Source: an uncultured Moellerella sp.
Lineage (GTDB): Bacteria; Pseudomonadota; Gammaproteobacteria; Enterobacterales; Enterobacteriaceae
Direction of reading: 5' to 3'
Assembly (NCBI GenBank): GCA_963519845.1
Contig: CAUQNX010000019.1
Coordinates: forward strand, 22,025 to 54,024
Length of the DNA: 32,000 nt
Shown: positions 9,912 through 18,866 of the stretch, piece after piece
How positions within the stretch are numbered: the stretch's first letter is position 1
Layout of the letters: every line of letters begins with the position of its first letter
Notes under the pieces: model-generated
Database searches by the model: none
What the model was told of the DNA's origin: nothing
Seen by the model: only the letters and a program-made list of their open reading frames with translations
Program-made: the position numbers and the translations under genes

Positions 9912-11048
9912 TTATTCTTCTATCTTTAATTTAACCCATTGCCGATTGACATAATAACAGACTCTATGCGCTTCATCGGGAGTAGGCATTTCTAATTTTG
10001 TTTGCATACGCTCAAGTACGCTATTAGGAACTGCATATTCGCGTTGTTTATTTTGTTGTTGCCATTGTTCATAAGGCATTTCCAAATAGATAAGATCGAT
10101 CTCAGCTTGATAACGAACAAATAGGCTGATCATTTTATTTCTTAATGAAGCACCTAGCGAAGTGGCATTCCAAATAAAATCCTGCTTTGCTCTTAAATAG
10201 GTTTTAGCTTGAGAAATAGCTTGCTGAACCACCCAACCATTAGCATTTTTATCAGATGGCCTAATATTAAACTCACGCCTTATATTATCGAGACTGACAA
10301 TAGCTTTATCAGGATAGTGCTGTTGAATAAAATGATCTTTCCCCATTCCCGGTAATCCACATAACATAATTACCTGGCTCGTTTCTTGCTCATAAGGTAC
10401 ATAATCAATCGAACTATTCTCATTATGAAAATAATGAAATTGAGCTTGAGGCGAAGCAAAATGACGAGAATGGTGCCAACAATTCTGCTCTTGACAATAG
10501 AGCTTAAATAGCTCAATTCGCGTGAGTAATTCACCTTGATCTTGGCAATGACGCCCCAAAATATCGGCTTTAGCTAACATGGCTAATAGTGGCATATCAA
10601 CACGCAGCGCAGCGGCTAAAACAGCTCTTTGAGGGTCAGGCTTTTCCAAAATCCAAAGGGGTAATCCGTGATAACGAACCAAGGCACTGATTTGCTCACG
10701 TATCATAAAGGGCACATCAAAATGGCGAAATAGCAGCTGGCGCGTAGTAAGTTCACCTTTTTTGGCATGACCAGGCGACACAATACGACCATCAAAATCT
10801 TGACGAGTCGTTGATCGTTTTTCCACATCATGAAATAACGCCGCACTCCAAACAATTTCTTGCTGTTGCTGCGGAAGCTGTTGATATTCAAGCAAACCAC
10901 AAAGTGCATCTAACACCATTTCAGTATGTATCGCCACATCGCCTTCTGCATGATAAATGGGATCTTGCTCGACACCAGACATATCGGCGACAAAACTAAA
11001 CTGTTTTTGCAGCTCTGCCCATGATTTCTGTTTAGTTAACTGCCACAT
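9912..11048 (-). CDS. HD-Pnk type RNA/DNA end-healing enzyme (N-terminal HD phosphoesterase, C-terminal P-loop polynucleotide kinase)
   Basis: 378 aa. The N-terminal half has an HD signature (..IYHAEGDVAIHT.., ..ALFHDVEK.., ..SPGHAKKG..). The C-terminal half has the Walker A LCGLPGMGKDH and looks like a kinase of the AAA_33/T4 Pnk type. It overlaps the upstream ligase gene by 13 nt. Confidence 0.7.
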   Translation of the reverse strand: MWQLTKQKSWAELQKQFSFVADMSGVEQDPIYHAEGDVAIHTEMVLDALCGLLEYQQLPQQQQEIVWSAALFHDVEKRSTTRQDFDGRIVSPGHAKKGELTTRQLLFRHFDVPFMIREQISALVRYHGLPLWILEKPDPQRAVLAAALRVDMPLLAMLAKADILGRHCQDQGELLTRIELFKLYCQEQNCWHHSRHFASPQAQFHYFHNENSSIDYVPYEQETSQVIMLCGLPGMGKDHFIQQHYPDKAIVSLDNIRREFNIRPSDKNANGWVVQQAISQAKTYLRAKQDFIWNATSLGASLRNKMISLFVRYQAEIDLIYLEMPYEQWQQQNKQREYAVPNSVLERMQTKLEMPTPDEAHRVCYYVNRQWVKLKIEE

Positions 11049-11764
11049 ATCTGCCCCCTATTTTGCTGCTGTCGTTCAAAAGCTAATGGTGCGCGCTGCC
11101 AGTTGCGTTTCCAATGCAGATCGGTTTTCACATGGTTTTGGCGAACGTATTTAAAGATATTTTCAGCAAAATCATCGATAGAAAAGCCAGCGCTATTACG
11201 GCTAACAATACCTTCCATCGAACAGAATTTGCCGGTTTTGACATCAGTCGCACCAAAGAGACTATCCTGAGCCGCCGTAGATATTAGTTTTGATTGATAA
11301 TCTTGGGCTGAGATTCGGCAATTTGCCGGTAAAATAATCTCAGGCACCGTAGGAAAATCAAATAACGCTGCGTAGAATTTGACTTCATCCCAACTCAACC
11401 AGTTATTTCCTTGGCGCACAGCAAAAAGATAGAAATAATCTTCAATATACTGATATTCAATTGAGTGGATCGCATACAGATTTTCACCAAATAATTCGAT
11501 ATCAGCCAAGTCATGTTTTATTAATTGCCAGCGCTGGCGGATCTGATTAGTCCATGCAGACACAGTTGGTGCCGCATGAGATCGCGCAAAAACACCATAA
11601 CGACTTAAACAGTTATTTTCGCCATCGAGTTTTTCAGTATGTATCAGATGTTCGATCTGATTAATATGACGCCACCAATCTTGATTAATTCGATCGTCGC
11701 TGGTGGTACCTGGTGAGAACGGATAATGGAATGTTCTACCATATTTTCTTGATTGCATATTCAT
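11036..11764 (-). CDS. ATP-dependent RNA ligase (Rnl2/Rnl5-like covalent nucleotidyltransferase)
   Basis: 242 aa with nucleotidyltransferase motifs in order: I EKLDGEN (lysine nucleophile), III ELFGENLY, IIIa FYLFAV, IV MEGIVSR, V FKYVRQNHVK. Confidence 0.7.
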   Translation of the reverse strand: MNMQSRKYGRTFHYPFSPGTTSDDRINQDWWRHINQIEHLIHTEKLDGENNCLSRYGVFARSHAAPTVSAWTNQIRQRWQLIKHDLADIELFGENLYAIHSIEYQYIEDYFYLFAVRQGNNWLSWDEVKFYAALFDFPTVPEIILPANCRISAQDYQSKLISTAAQDSLFGATDVKTGKFCSMEGIVSRNSAGFSIDDFAENIFKYVRQNHVKTDLHWKRNWQRAPLAFERQQQNRGQICGS

Positions 11765-12000
11765 TATGCTTTTCTCTTAACAAATAAAGTCCGTCGCAAA
11801 TCAGCAGTCTGATTTACCTTTTTAACATTTGTTCAAGTTCAAGAAATGGCATTACATTTTAATTCCGCAAACGGCCTCAGGCTAATGTTCTCTTTGATTA
11901 ATCAACAGAGAGAGAAGTGTGATACTAGCTTATATTGGAGGGATTCTATCAAAGATGAATCTTTAATCAAATGATACTTGTTAGCTTGTTTGTATTAGAT

Positions 12001-12032
12001 AAAAAAATTGGCCTTAATTGATAAGGCCAATT
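12001..12032 (-). terminator. Rho-independent terminator of the CitMHS transporter gene
   Basis: 11-bp stem AATTGGCCTTA (12006-12016) / TAAGGCCAATT (12022-12032) with a 5-nt loop. Read on the minus strand it is followed by a T5 run (plus-strand A-run 12001-12005). It lies 28 nt past the stop at 12060. Confidence 0.7.
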
Positions 12033-12059
12033 CAGTATATTGATTGCTATTAATAGATA

Positions 12060-13373
12060 TTAATACAGGCCTAATAAAGCACCAACGCCTAGAGTAAAGA
12101 AACTAAATAACCAGATCCAACCGAATGAATAACGTAAGTGACGCCCCATATCCGCCCCCGCTAATCCCATTGCCAGCCATGCTGCTGGAGAGAAAGGACT
12201 AACAAAGGTACCCGCGTTATTACCTATTGCCATCGCATAGACCACAGAGGAGGGATCAATACCTGCGGCCGCGGTTATTTGTTGAATTATCGGTAACAGC
12301 GCAAAATAATAAGCATCCGTACTGGTAAAGATATCCATAGGGACACCTAATATACCGACAAAAATATGAACTTTAGATACCCACTCAGTAGGCAAAATCG
12401 CAGTTAAATCCATTGCTATCGATCTTAACATGCCGCCTTCGGACATTATGCCTAAGAAGGCTCCCGCAGCAAGAATAATGGCCACCATACTCAAGGCTTG
12501 CGGCGCATGTCTACCGATAACTTTCATCTGCTCTTTAGGACTAGGAAAGTTAACCATCAATGCCAGTGATAATGCGATCATAAAGACATAAGGTGCCGAT
12601 AACCAACCAAAAGCTAAGGTCACTACTGAGATGATAATCAAACTGCCATTAATCAAAGGTTTCTGTGGTTGATGGATAACGCTATTATCTGCATGATCGC
12701 CTTCGTCTTCTAATAAAGAGTCGAGTTGATAAGGCGTTGTTCCATTGATTGCCGCAGCGGCGATGCGTCGTTTTTCACGTATACCGACCAAAACAGCAAA
12801 GACAGCAGCACCTGCGATACCAGCGATTTGCACTGGGATCAGCGATTGCCACAGAGTTGATGCATCAATACCCGTCACCGCAGAAGCTCGTCCGAGTGGA
12901 CCACCCCAAGGAACCATATTCATCACCCCCATACTTACACTCATTAATAGCAGCATTAGATAGGGACTCATACCTAGTTGGCGGTAGAGAGGTAATAAAG
13001 CGGGAATAATGATAAGAAAAGTCGCGGCCCCAGAGCCATCAAGATGGACAACAGCTGCGATCAATGTAGTCATCACACTAACAATAATCACATTACCACG
13101 AGTCATTTTGACCATAGCTCTGATCATAGGGTCAAATATATGCAAGTCTTTCATTATACTAAAAAAGAGAATTGCAAATAGGAACATAGTAGCGACTTTC
13201 GATACTTTGGTGATCCCACTATCAAAGAATGATGATATTTCCGCTATGCTAAAACCCGCAAATAACGCCCCAATAAAGGGGATACAGGACATTGCAATAA
13301 TAGGGCTCACTTTTCCCATCATCAACAAGGTGACAATAGAGACGATAATTAAAATTCCGATTATTGTTAGCAA
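12060..13373 (-). CDS. CitMHS-family (metal-)citrate:H+ symporter
   Basis: 437 aa polytopic protein colinear with B. subtilis CitM/CitH (..ATMFLFAILFFSIM.D..IFDP.., ..HLDGSGAATFLI.IPALLPLY..LGM.., ..N.VPWGGP..RA..). Confidence 0.85.
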   Translation of the reverse strand: MLTIIGILIIVSIVTLLMMGKVSPIIAMSCIPFIGALFAGFSIAEISSFFDSGITKVSKVATMFLFAILFFSIMKDLHIFDPMIRAMVKMTRGNVIIVSVMTTLIAAVVHLDGSGAATFLIIIPALLPLYRQLGMSPYLMLLLMSVSMGVMNMVPWGGPLGRASAVTGIDASTLWQSLIPVQIAGIAGAAVFAVLVGIREKRRIAAAAINGTTPYQLDSLLEDEGDHADNSVIHQPQKPLINGSLIIISVVTLAFGWLSAPYVFMIALSLALMVNFPSPKEQMKVIGRHAPQALSMVAIILAAGAFLGIMSEGGMLRSIAMDLTAILPTEWVSKVHIFVGILGVPMDIFTSTDAYYFALLPIIQQITAAAGIDPSSVVYAMAIGNNAGTFVSPFSPAAWLAMGLAGADMGRHLRYSFGWIWLFSFFTLGVGALLGLY

Positions 13374-14050
13374 TATAATTCCCTTATTAGTCTATTACTT
13401 TACATTTAGGAATGATCCAATCGCTTATTTTTAATTATCTGTCTTTAGTTTTAAACCTAAAAAAATAAAAGTGATAATTTGAGCGAAATTCCTTTAATGT
13501 TCAGTAATGTTTATGTTTTATTAACAAGCAAATCTAATTATACGATCTGTAAAATGCAGTTGATTTAAAGATCACAAAAACAGCTATTTTATCGTTTATC
13601 ATTTTGCTTTTGATATCTCCTTATATAAATCACACAAATGTTATGCAAGATTTTTTTGTTAGATTTGTCGACTAGACTCAATAACTTGGCAATTAAATAT
13701 CACTATTATTAATCAAATTTCAGTATTACTTGCTATTAAAAACATAAAAATCATTAGCGGCAATTAACTCCATTGCATATTGATTTTTATCATTTTTATA
13801 TAATATATGAGTAATATTAAGGAGCTATTTATTTATCGCAAACCTTAAGTCAAATTTTAACTTGGTTTTATATTCTGCCATTTTAGAATATAAAATATAG
13901 AATAGTGGGAAACACTTTTTTCGCTATCATTTAATACTTATCACTAGAATGGTTGAAATATGTACAAGTCAACATTTTACTACGTAAAATTTCGCTCACT
14001 TACAAAGTGTAATTTCTAAGGATTTAGCCCTGAGATTTACTTATCTTGCG

Positions 14051-14087
14051 AAAAAAATAAAAAATCCACAACGTAGATTGCAGATTT
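14051..14087 (-). terminator. Rho-independent terminator after the lipoprotein gene
   Basis: The minus strand reads AAATCTGCAA-TCTACG-TTGTGGATTT (10-bp stem with two G-U pairs) followed by TTTATTTTTTT. It lies 35 nt downstream of the stop at 14122. Confidence 0.6.
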
Positions 14088-14121
14088 CTTTTTTATCTTA
14101 TAGCCTAATCCGCAAGTCAAA

Positions 14122-14442
14122 TTAACGAATCGACTGAGCACACTCTTGTACAAATTGGATCAAGCTCTGCTCAAATTCAGCCGGTGCTGTTTTGCTTTTA
14201 TTAATAATTTCATCAATACGTTTAAACTCTTTAATACCGTATTTTTCGATCGCCTTATCATAAGAACAGCTGCACATTTCATTGGCTATCTCTTTAGAGA
14301 GGCCTGTCGGTGAACTTGAACTGGTGACGCAAGCTGCAACAAATGTTGTTTTGACTTCCGCTATTTCAGATTTTTCATCAGAACAAGCGGTGATTAATGT
14401 CAAAGCGCTTGCTACGCCTAACATCAAGATAATTTTTTTCAT
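14122..14442 (-). CDS. Small lipoprotein, function unknown
   Basis: 106 aa. The signal peptide MKKIILMLGVASALTLITAC ends in a lipobox (I-T-A-C). The mature part is hydrophilic and contains four further Cys. Confidence 0.6.
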   Translation of the reverse strand: MKKIILMLGVASALTLITACSDEKSEIAEVKTTFVAACVTSSSSPTGLSKEIANEMCSCSYDKAIEKYGIKEFKRIDEIINKSKTAPAEFEQSLIQFVQECAQSIR

Positions 14443-14610
14443 ATTCAGACCTATTGTTATTCTGTTCTTATCATTTAATCACATTAGGAAATTATATTTC
14501 TATTTTAGATTAAACTACCCAATGAGAATATATCCCATATAGTATCTTTTTCCTGAAAAAAAGTCTGTTGCGTTTTTGTTATTTAATCAAAAAGGTTATT
14601 TATATCTGGC

Positions 14611-15480
14611 TTAAGATGCGACTTTAAATGAACGCCAACGATAATAAAATAGCGCCGTCAAAATCAGTGCACAACCAAAAATTTCAATTAGTCTCATTCT
14701 CTCGCCATACCAGAATGCAGCCACAAAAACGGTCATTACTGGCTCTAAAATCATAATAATAGCGGCGTTTGATGTGGTGGTATTTTTTTGTCCCATTAAC
14801 TGCAAAATAAAACGTAAACTCGTCGCGATAACCACACTAGCCACAAACCAAATTATAATTTCAGCTGAAAAATGCGTTGGCCATGTTTCAAAACTGAGAG
14901 AGAGGATCATTCCCACGACACCCGTACAGGCCAATTGAATAGCCGTTAATGGCATGACGGGAATACTACGTGTATATAAACTGGTATAGCAAAAATAGAT
15001 CGCCTGTACGATGGCTGCGGCAAGAAACCACAATTGGCTAGCCTTTAATTCTATATTGGCTTTAAACAGTGTTAAACAACCTAATCCGACTATCGCCAAG
15101 GGCAATGCTTGCCAAAAATATTTAGTTGGCCGAATTTTCAATATCACCCAAGCGACTAAAGGAACAAATAGCATTGCGAGGCTCATAATAAAAGCCCCCT
15201 CGCCGATAGAATCTGTTGTTGCTACAGCATAAATCCATAAAACCAGATTTAATGACATCCATCCACCAGTCATAATGACCTTGGGTAATTGACGTCTTGT
15301 AATATGATTTTTCTTTCCGCGGCAAAAGGGTAATAAAATTAGCGCTGCAAATAGGAAGCGAGCACCAAGAAAACCAAATATTGGCAAGCCTTGAATAGAT
15401 TCACGAGAGAATACCCATCCCCAAGCGGCAATAAATGTGGTCATGACTAAAAAGAGTTCAGCTTTCCGTTGTGGTTGCAT
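14611..15480 (-). CDS. EamA/DMT-superfamily transporter
   Basis: 289 aa with about 10 predicted TM helices arranged as two EamA-like halves. There are no soluble domains. Confidence 0.75.
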   Translation of the reverse strand: MQPQRKAELFLVMTTFIAAWGWVFSRESIQGLPIFGFLGARFLFAALILLPFCRGKKNHITRRQLPKVIMTGGWMSLNLVLWIYAVATTDSIGEGAFIMSLAMLFVPLVAWVILKIRPTKYFWQALPLAIVGLGCLTLFKANIELKASQLWFLAAAIVQAIYFCYTSLYTRSIPVMPLTAIQLACTGVVGMILSLSFETWPTHFSAEIIIWFVASVVIATSLRFILQLMGQKNTTTSNAAIIMILEPVMTVFVAAFWYGERMRLIEIFGCALILTALFYYRWRSFKVAS

Positions 15481-15606
15481 ATTTTTCCTACTTGCCGCTA
15501 GTTACCGCTATTAGCCCAATATGATAACCTCTTCTGACATTATGCCAACGTTAAAATAATACTTCAGTGGATGATTTAAATAGATAATCGGATCACTTAA
15601 CGCAAT

Positions 15607-15632
15607 AAAGGCTACCCCTGCGGATAGCCTTT
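15607..15632 (-). terminator. Possible terminator after the DASS transporter gene
   Basis: AAAGGCTA (15607-15614) / TAGCCTTT (15625-15632) stem with a GC-containing 10-nt loop. On the minus strand it is followed only by TTTATTG, a weak U-tract. Confidence 0.35.
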
Positions 15633-15656
15633 ATGCTTATAACTCAGCGGTATTTA

Positions 15657-17123
15657 TCACCAATAACCGAGGAACTTCCACCACACGCTGCCCAGAAGTA
15701 TCCAAATAGTGAGGTTAACGACACTCATCACAAATCCGGTTTTCCACCATTCCCCTAATGTGGCATAACCAGAACCAAAGATAATAGGCGCTGTTCCTGT
15801 GCCATAATGAGTTAATGACATCATCAATGAGGAAGAAAAACCCAATGTTAAGGCTAATAACATAGGAGGAACACCCAGCGCCAGTCCGGCGGCTAAGAAA
15901 GCGGCAAACATCGCGGTAATATGCGCGGTGGTACTGGCAAAGAAGTAATGGGAATAGACATAAACCAGTACAATCACCAGCATGCCACTCATCCAGCTTA
16001 AGCCCATCTGGTCAATACCCGCACCTAGAGTTAAAGATAGCCATTTAATTAAGCCTAATTTGCCAAGGAAGGTCGCCATCATAACCAGTGCGGCAAACCA
16101 GACGACGGTATCCCAAGCACCTTTATTTTTGAGAATATCATCCCAACTTAAGACGCCCGTAGCCAATAGAATAGATAGACCCACAAATGCGGCAGTAGTT
16201 GGATTGACAGCAAAAGCACTGCCAAATATCAGTGCAGGAACTCCTGCCCACATGAGCAATAACAGCACGAATACAGAGAGCGTAATCATCTCGGGAAGAG
16301 ATATTTTACCCAGTTCCTGTAAACGTTGCTTAGCAAAGTTTGGCGCATCAGGCGTGGCTTTAATTTCAGGTGGATAGAGAAAGTAGATCACTAAAGGCAT
16401 AGCAATCAATGACACTATCGCGGGAACAAAGGCCGCTATCGCCCACATAGACCAAGTGAGTTCAAAAGCAGTTGCCGTTAATATAAAGCTAACAATAAGT
16501 GGGTTAGGTGCTGTTGCTGTGATAAACATCGCCGAGGTAATTGGATTAATATTATAGTTAACTAATGATAAATAGCGCCCAATTTTACTGGATGTCCCAT
16601 CTTCTGCTTTTGAACCAAAACTATCAGAAATAGAGCGCATTATCGGATGAATAATACCCCCACCCCGTGCCGTATTACTGGGTGTTACCGGGGCGAGAAC
16701 GGCTTCTGCAATCGCCAATGAGTAGGCAATACCAATTGTTTTTTTGCCAAATAGCGAAATAAAATAGTAACCAATTCTAGCGCCTAAACCGGTTTTATTT
16801 AAACTCATTGAGACCATAATTGAGATCCCAATTAACCAGATTAAATCATTGGAAAAACCACTCAGCGCATCGGCAATCGCCCCTTTTGTCGAGGTAGGGT
16901 TAGTTACACCTGTCAAGGCAACTAAAGCAATCGCAACGATAGAAACACCACCAATAGGGAGTGATTTACCAATAATTGCCGCTATCGTCCCAACAAACAG
17001 CGCCAATAGATGCCAAGCATCGGGATTAACCCCTTCAGGTACGGGAATAACAAACCAAATAACTAATGCGATAGCTACTGCTATAAGGGTAGGAACAACT
17101 TTCAGTGGCGTGAGTTTATTCAT
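15657..17123 (-). CDS. DASS-family di/tricarboxylate:succinate antiporter (CitT/TtdT paralogue)
   Basis: 488 aa. It shares the ..LAPVTPSNTARGGGIIHPI.. and ..SLTHYGTGTAPIIFGSGY.. motifs and overall architecture with the citT product at 7101-8534 and with E. coli TtdT/CitT. Confidence 0.8.
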   Translation of the reverse strand: MNKLTPLKVVPTLIAVAIALVIWFVIPVPEGVNPDAWHLLALFVGTIAAIIGKSLPIGGVSIVAIALVALTGVTNPTSTKGAIADALSGFSNDLIWLIGISIMVSMSLNKTGLGARIGYYFISLFGKKTIGIAYSLAIAEAVLAPVTPSNTARGGGIIHPIMRSISDSFGSKAEDGTSSKIGRYLSLVNYNINPITSAMFITATAPNPLIVSFILTATAFELTWSMWAIAAFVPAIVSLIAMPLVIYFLYPPEIKATPDAPNFAKQRLQELGKISLPEMITLSVFVLLLLMWAGVPALIFGSAFAVNPTTAAFVGLSILLATGVLSWDDILKNKGAWDTVVWFAALVMMATFLGKLGLIKWLSLTLGAGIDQMGLSWMSGMLVIVLVYVYSHYFFASTTAHITAMFAAFLAAGLALGVPPMLLALTLGFSSSLMMSLTHYGTGTAPIIFGSGYATLGEWWKTGFVMSVVNLTIWILLGSVWWKFLGYW

Positions 17124-17814
17124 AATTCATCCGAAGGTAAAATTGTTTGATAATAATTATATCGCCAATTACTTCTATTATCTTATTATCAATATTGAAT
17201 TTTAACCATGATCATCATCACTAAGTAAAATAAAATATTATAAATATTTATTTTGTAATAATTAGATAAATCTGTTACTAACAACGAATAATTATTAGCA
17301 AATGTTTCCATTTACTTACATAAAAATACAGTTAGTATGAAAATCGAGCTTATTTGAATGTGATTTAAATAAATCTCTAATTACGACAAAAATATCATAT
17401 TTGCATATCAAAAAATCAGATTATACTTATAAACTCACTGTTCATTAATTGTGCAATTTAAATGAATAGAGAAAAAACCGTTAAAACTTGACTATATTGA
17501 GATCTGATACTATGGAGTTCGATAAATCTAATCTATTTAAGAGAAAAAACCAATTCAAAAACAAAAGCCTTATATTACAATTAGTTAATATAAATGTTAT
17601 TACTATTTATAATCTAAAAATAATTTTTTCTTTTAAATTGTTTATTCCATATAATTTACTCTATACATTATCTAAATATTTCTCATTGTCAATTCCACGA
17701 AAAACTTAATGAAATCTATTATTATTTTATTTTAAAACATCAATTAATATGTTTTATAAATGAGAATATTCATTTAAAATAAAACTTGGAGTTGTAATTT
17801 CAAATTAAAATAAA

Positions 17815-17842
17815 CAAAAAACAAAAAACAAAAAACAAAAAA
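17815..17842. repeat. Heptanucleotide tandem repeat (CAAAAAA)x4
   Basis: The C residues at 17815, 17822, 17829 and 17836 are each followed by six A. The repeat sits inside a 1.2 kb gene-free AT-rich region. Confidence 0.9.
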
Positions 17843-18171
17843 TAGAGTCAATTAAAAACAATAAATCATTAATTATATAAGTATAGTAAAGCTCCTCTCC
17901 ATTAAAAAAACAGATAAAATAAATATTTGATCTTATATTTTTAACAACCCATATTGAAAATATAAAGTAACGGGAATAAATAATTTACATGTGTAGTTAT
18001 GTCTATCTATCCATTAAAGGAGTAAAATACCATTATAATGTGTTAATGATCACAACATTGTAATTTTACAAAACTTAACTTAAATAAACAATAAAAAAAC
18101 CACTGGTCGGTTTGGGTTTTTCAAATATCAATGCTATACCTCTATTTCAACTTATAATTTTTTGAAAATTT

Positions 18172-18199
18172 CCCTTTAATTAGAATTAGAGGGTTTTTT
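18172..18199 (+). terminator. Orphan intrinsic terminator-like hairpin in an intergenic region
   Basis: CCCTTTAAT (18172-18180) / ATTAGAGGG (18185-18193), a 9-bp stem with one G-U pair and a TAGA loop, followed by T6 (18194-18199). No annotated plus-strand gene lies upstream. Confidence 0.5.
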
Positions 18200-18365
18200 C
18201 ATACTGTTAAGAATACAATTAAAATTAATAACAAGCTAATAAAGTCTGACAATCACACTTACATCAGTATTTTATTTTGCTTATCTAATAATAAATAATT
18301 ATTAACGTCGCTTTGCGCGCTATTTTATATGCTATGATGCGTGGGGGAAGCCAATAGAGAAAAAT

Positions 18366-18764
18366 ATGAAGAAAACTTTTATATTAACAATAATCATATT
18401 ATTGTTAGGTACTATAGCCATATTGATTAAGTCTCTGTATTATTCACAACAGATTCCATTTATTGAAAAAGCGCAACTATCCGTCAGCGATATGTTGGAT
18501 TATCCAGATGCAGGTACATTTAAAGATGTAAATTACTACTATTATAAAATGCGTGGTAAAAAGCAGGTTGGTTTTGTTTGTGGTTATGTTTCACGCCACT
18601 ACGACTTTGCTAAACCGCAGCAGTATAAAAAATTTATAATTAAAGTTTTTTCCTCTTCTGATCTCGATTACGAGATGTCTCTGCCCTTTATTGATGGTAA
18701 TGAAAATATTATGACATCAGAACAGATTGACAATTTATGGAATATATACTGCTACTCGCGCTAG
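18366..18764 (+). CDS. Hypothetical membrane-anchored/secreted small protein
   Basis: 132 aa with the N-terminal hydrophobic helix MKKTFILTIIILLLGTIAILI. No recognisable family. A purine-rich stretch (GGGGGAAG) lies about 20 nt upstream, too far to count as a clear RBS. Confidence 0.5.
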   Translation: MKKTFILTIIILLLGTIAILIKSLYYSQQIPFIEKAQLSVSDMLDYPDAGTFKDVNYYYYKMRGKKQVGFVCGYVSRHYDFAKPQQYKKFIIKVFSSSDLDYEMSLPFIDGNENIMTSEQIDNLWNIYCYSR

Positions 18765-18866
18765 TCTAGCTCATTCCAAAAAGTTATCACCCCTGCAAAA
18801 TTAGTGATTATACATCACCCATATTAATTGGTTTTATATACAAATTAATTAATCGGGAGATATACC

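Noticed and set aside
9912-11048. HD-domain protein considered as a possible stand-alone Cas3 HD nuclease (Cas3'') for the Cascade
   Set aside because: It is fused to a P-loop polynucleotide-kinase-like domain and is translationally coupled to an RNA ligase. It lies 10 kb away on the far side of unrelated genes, with no SF2 helicase partner. It fits HD-Pnk end-healing enzymes instead.
12745-13434. Plus-strand ORFs of 72, 86 and 141 aa
   Set aside because: All are antisense to the well-supported CitMHS transporter gene. They are typical shadow ORFs of a membrane-protein gene.
15982-17205. Plus-strand ORFs of 131 and 118 aa
   Set aside because: They are antisense to the DASS transporter gene and show no family resemblance.
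17488-17709. 73-aa ORF in the AT-rich gene-free region
   Set aside because: Its extremely low-complexity, K/N/I/L-rich sequence simply reflects AT-rich DNA. There is no RBS and no family resemblance.
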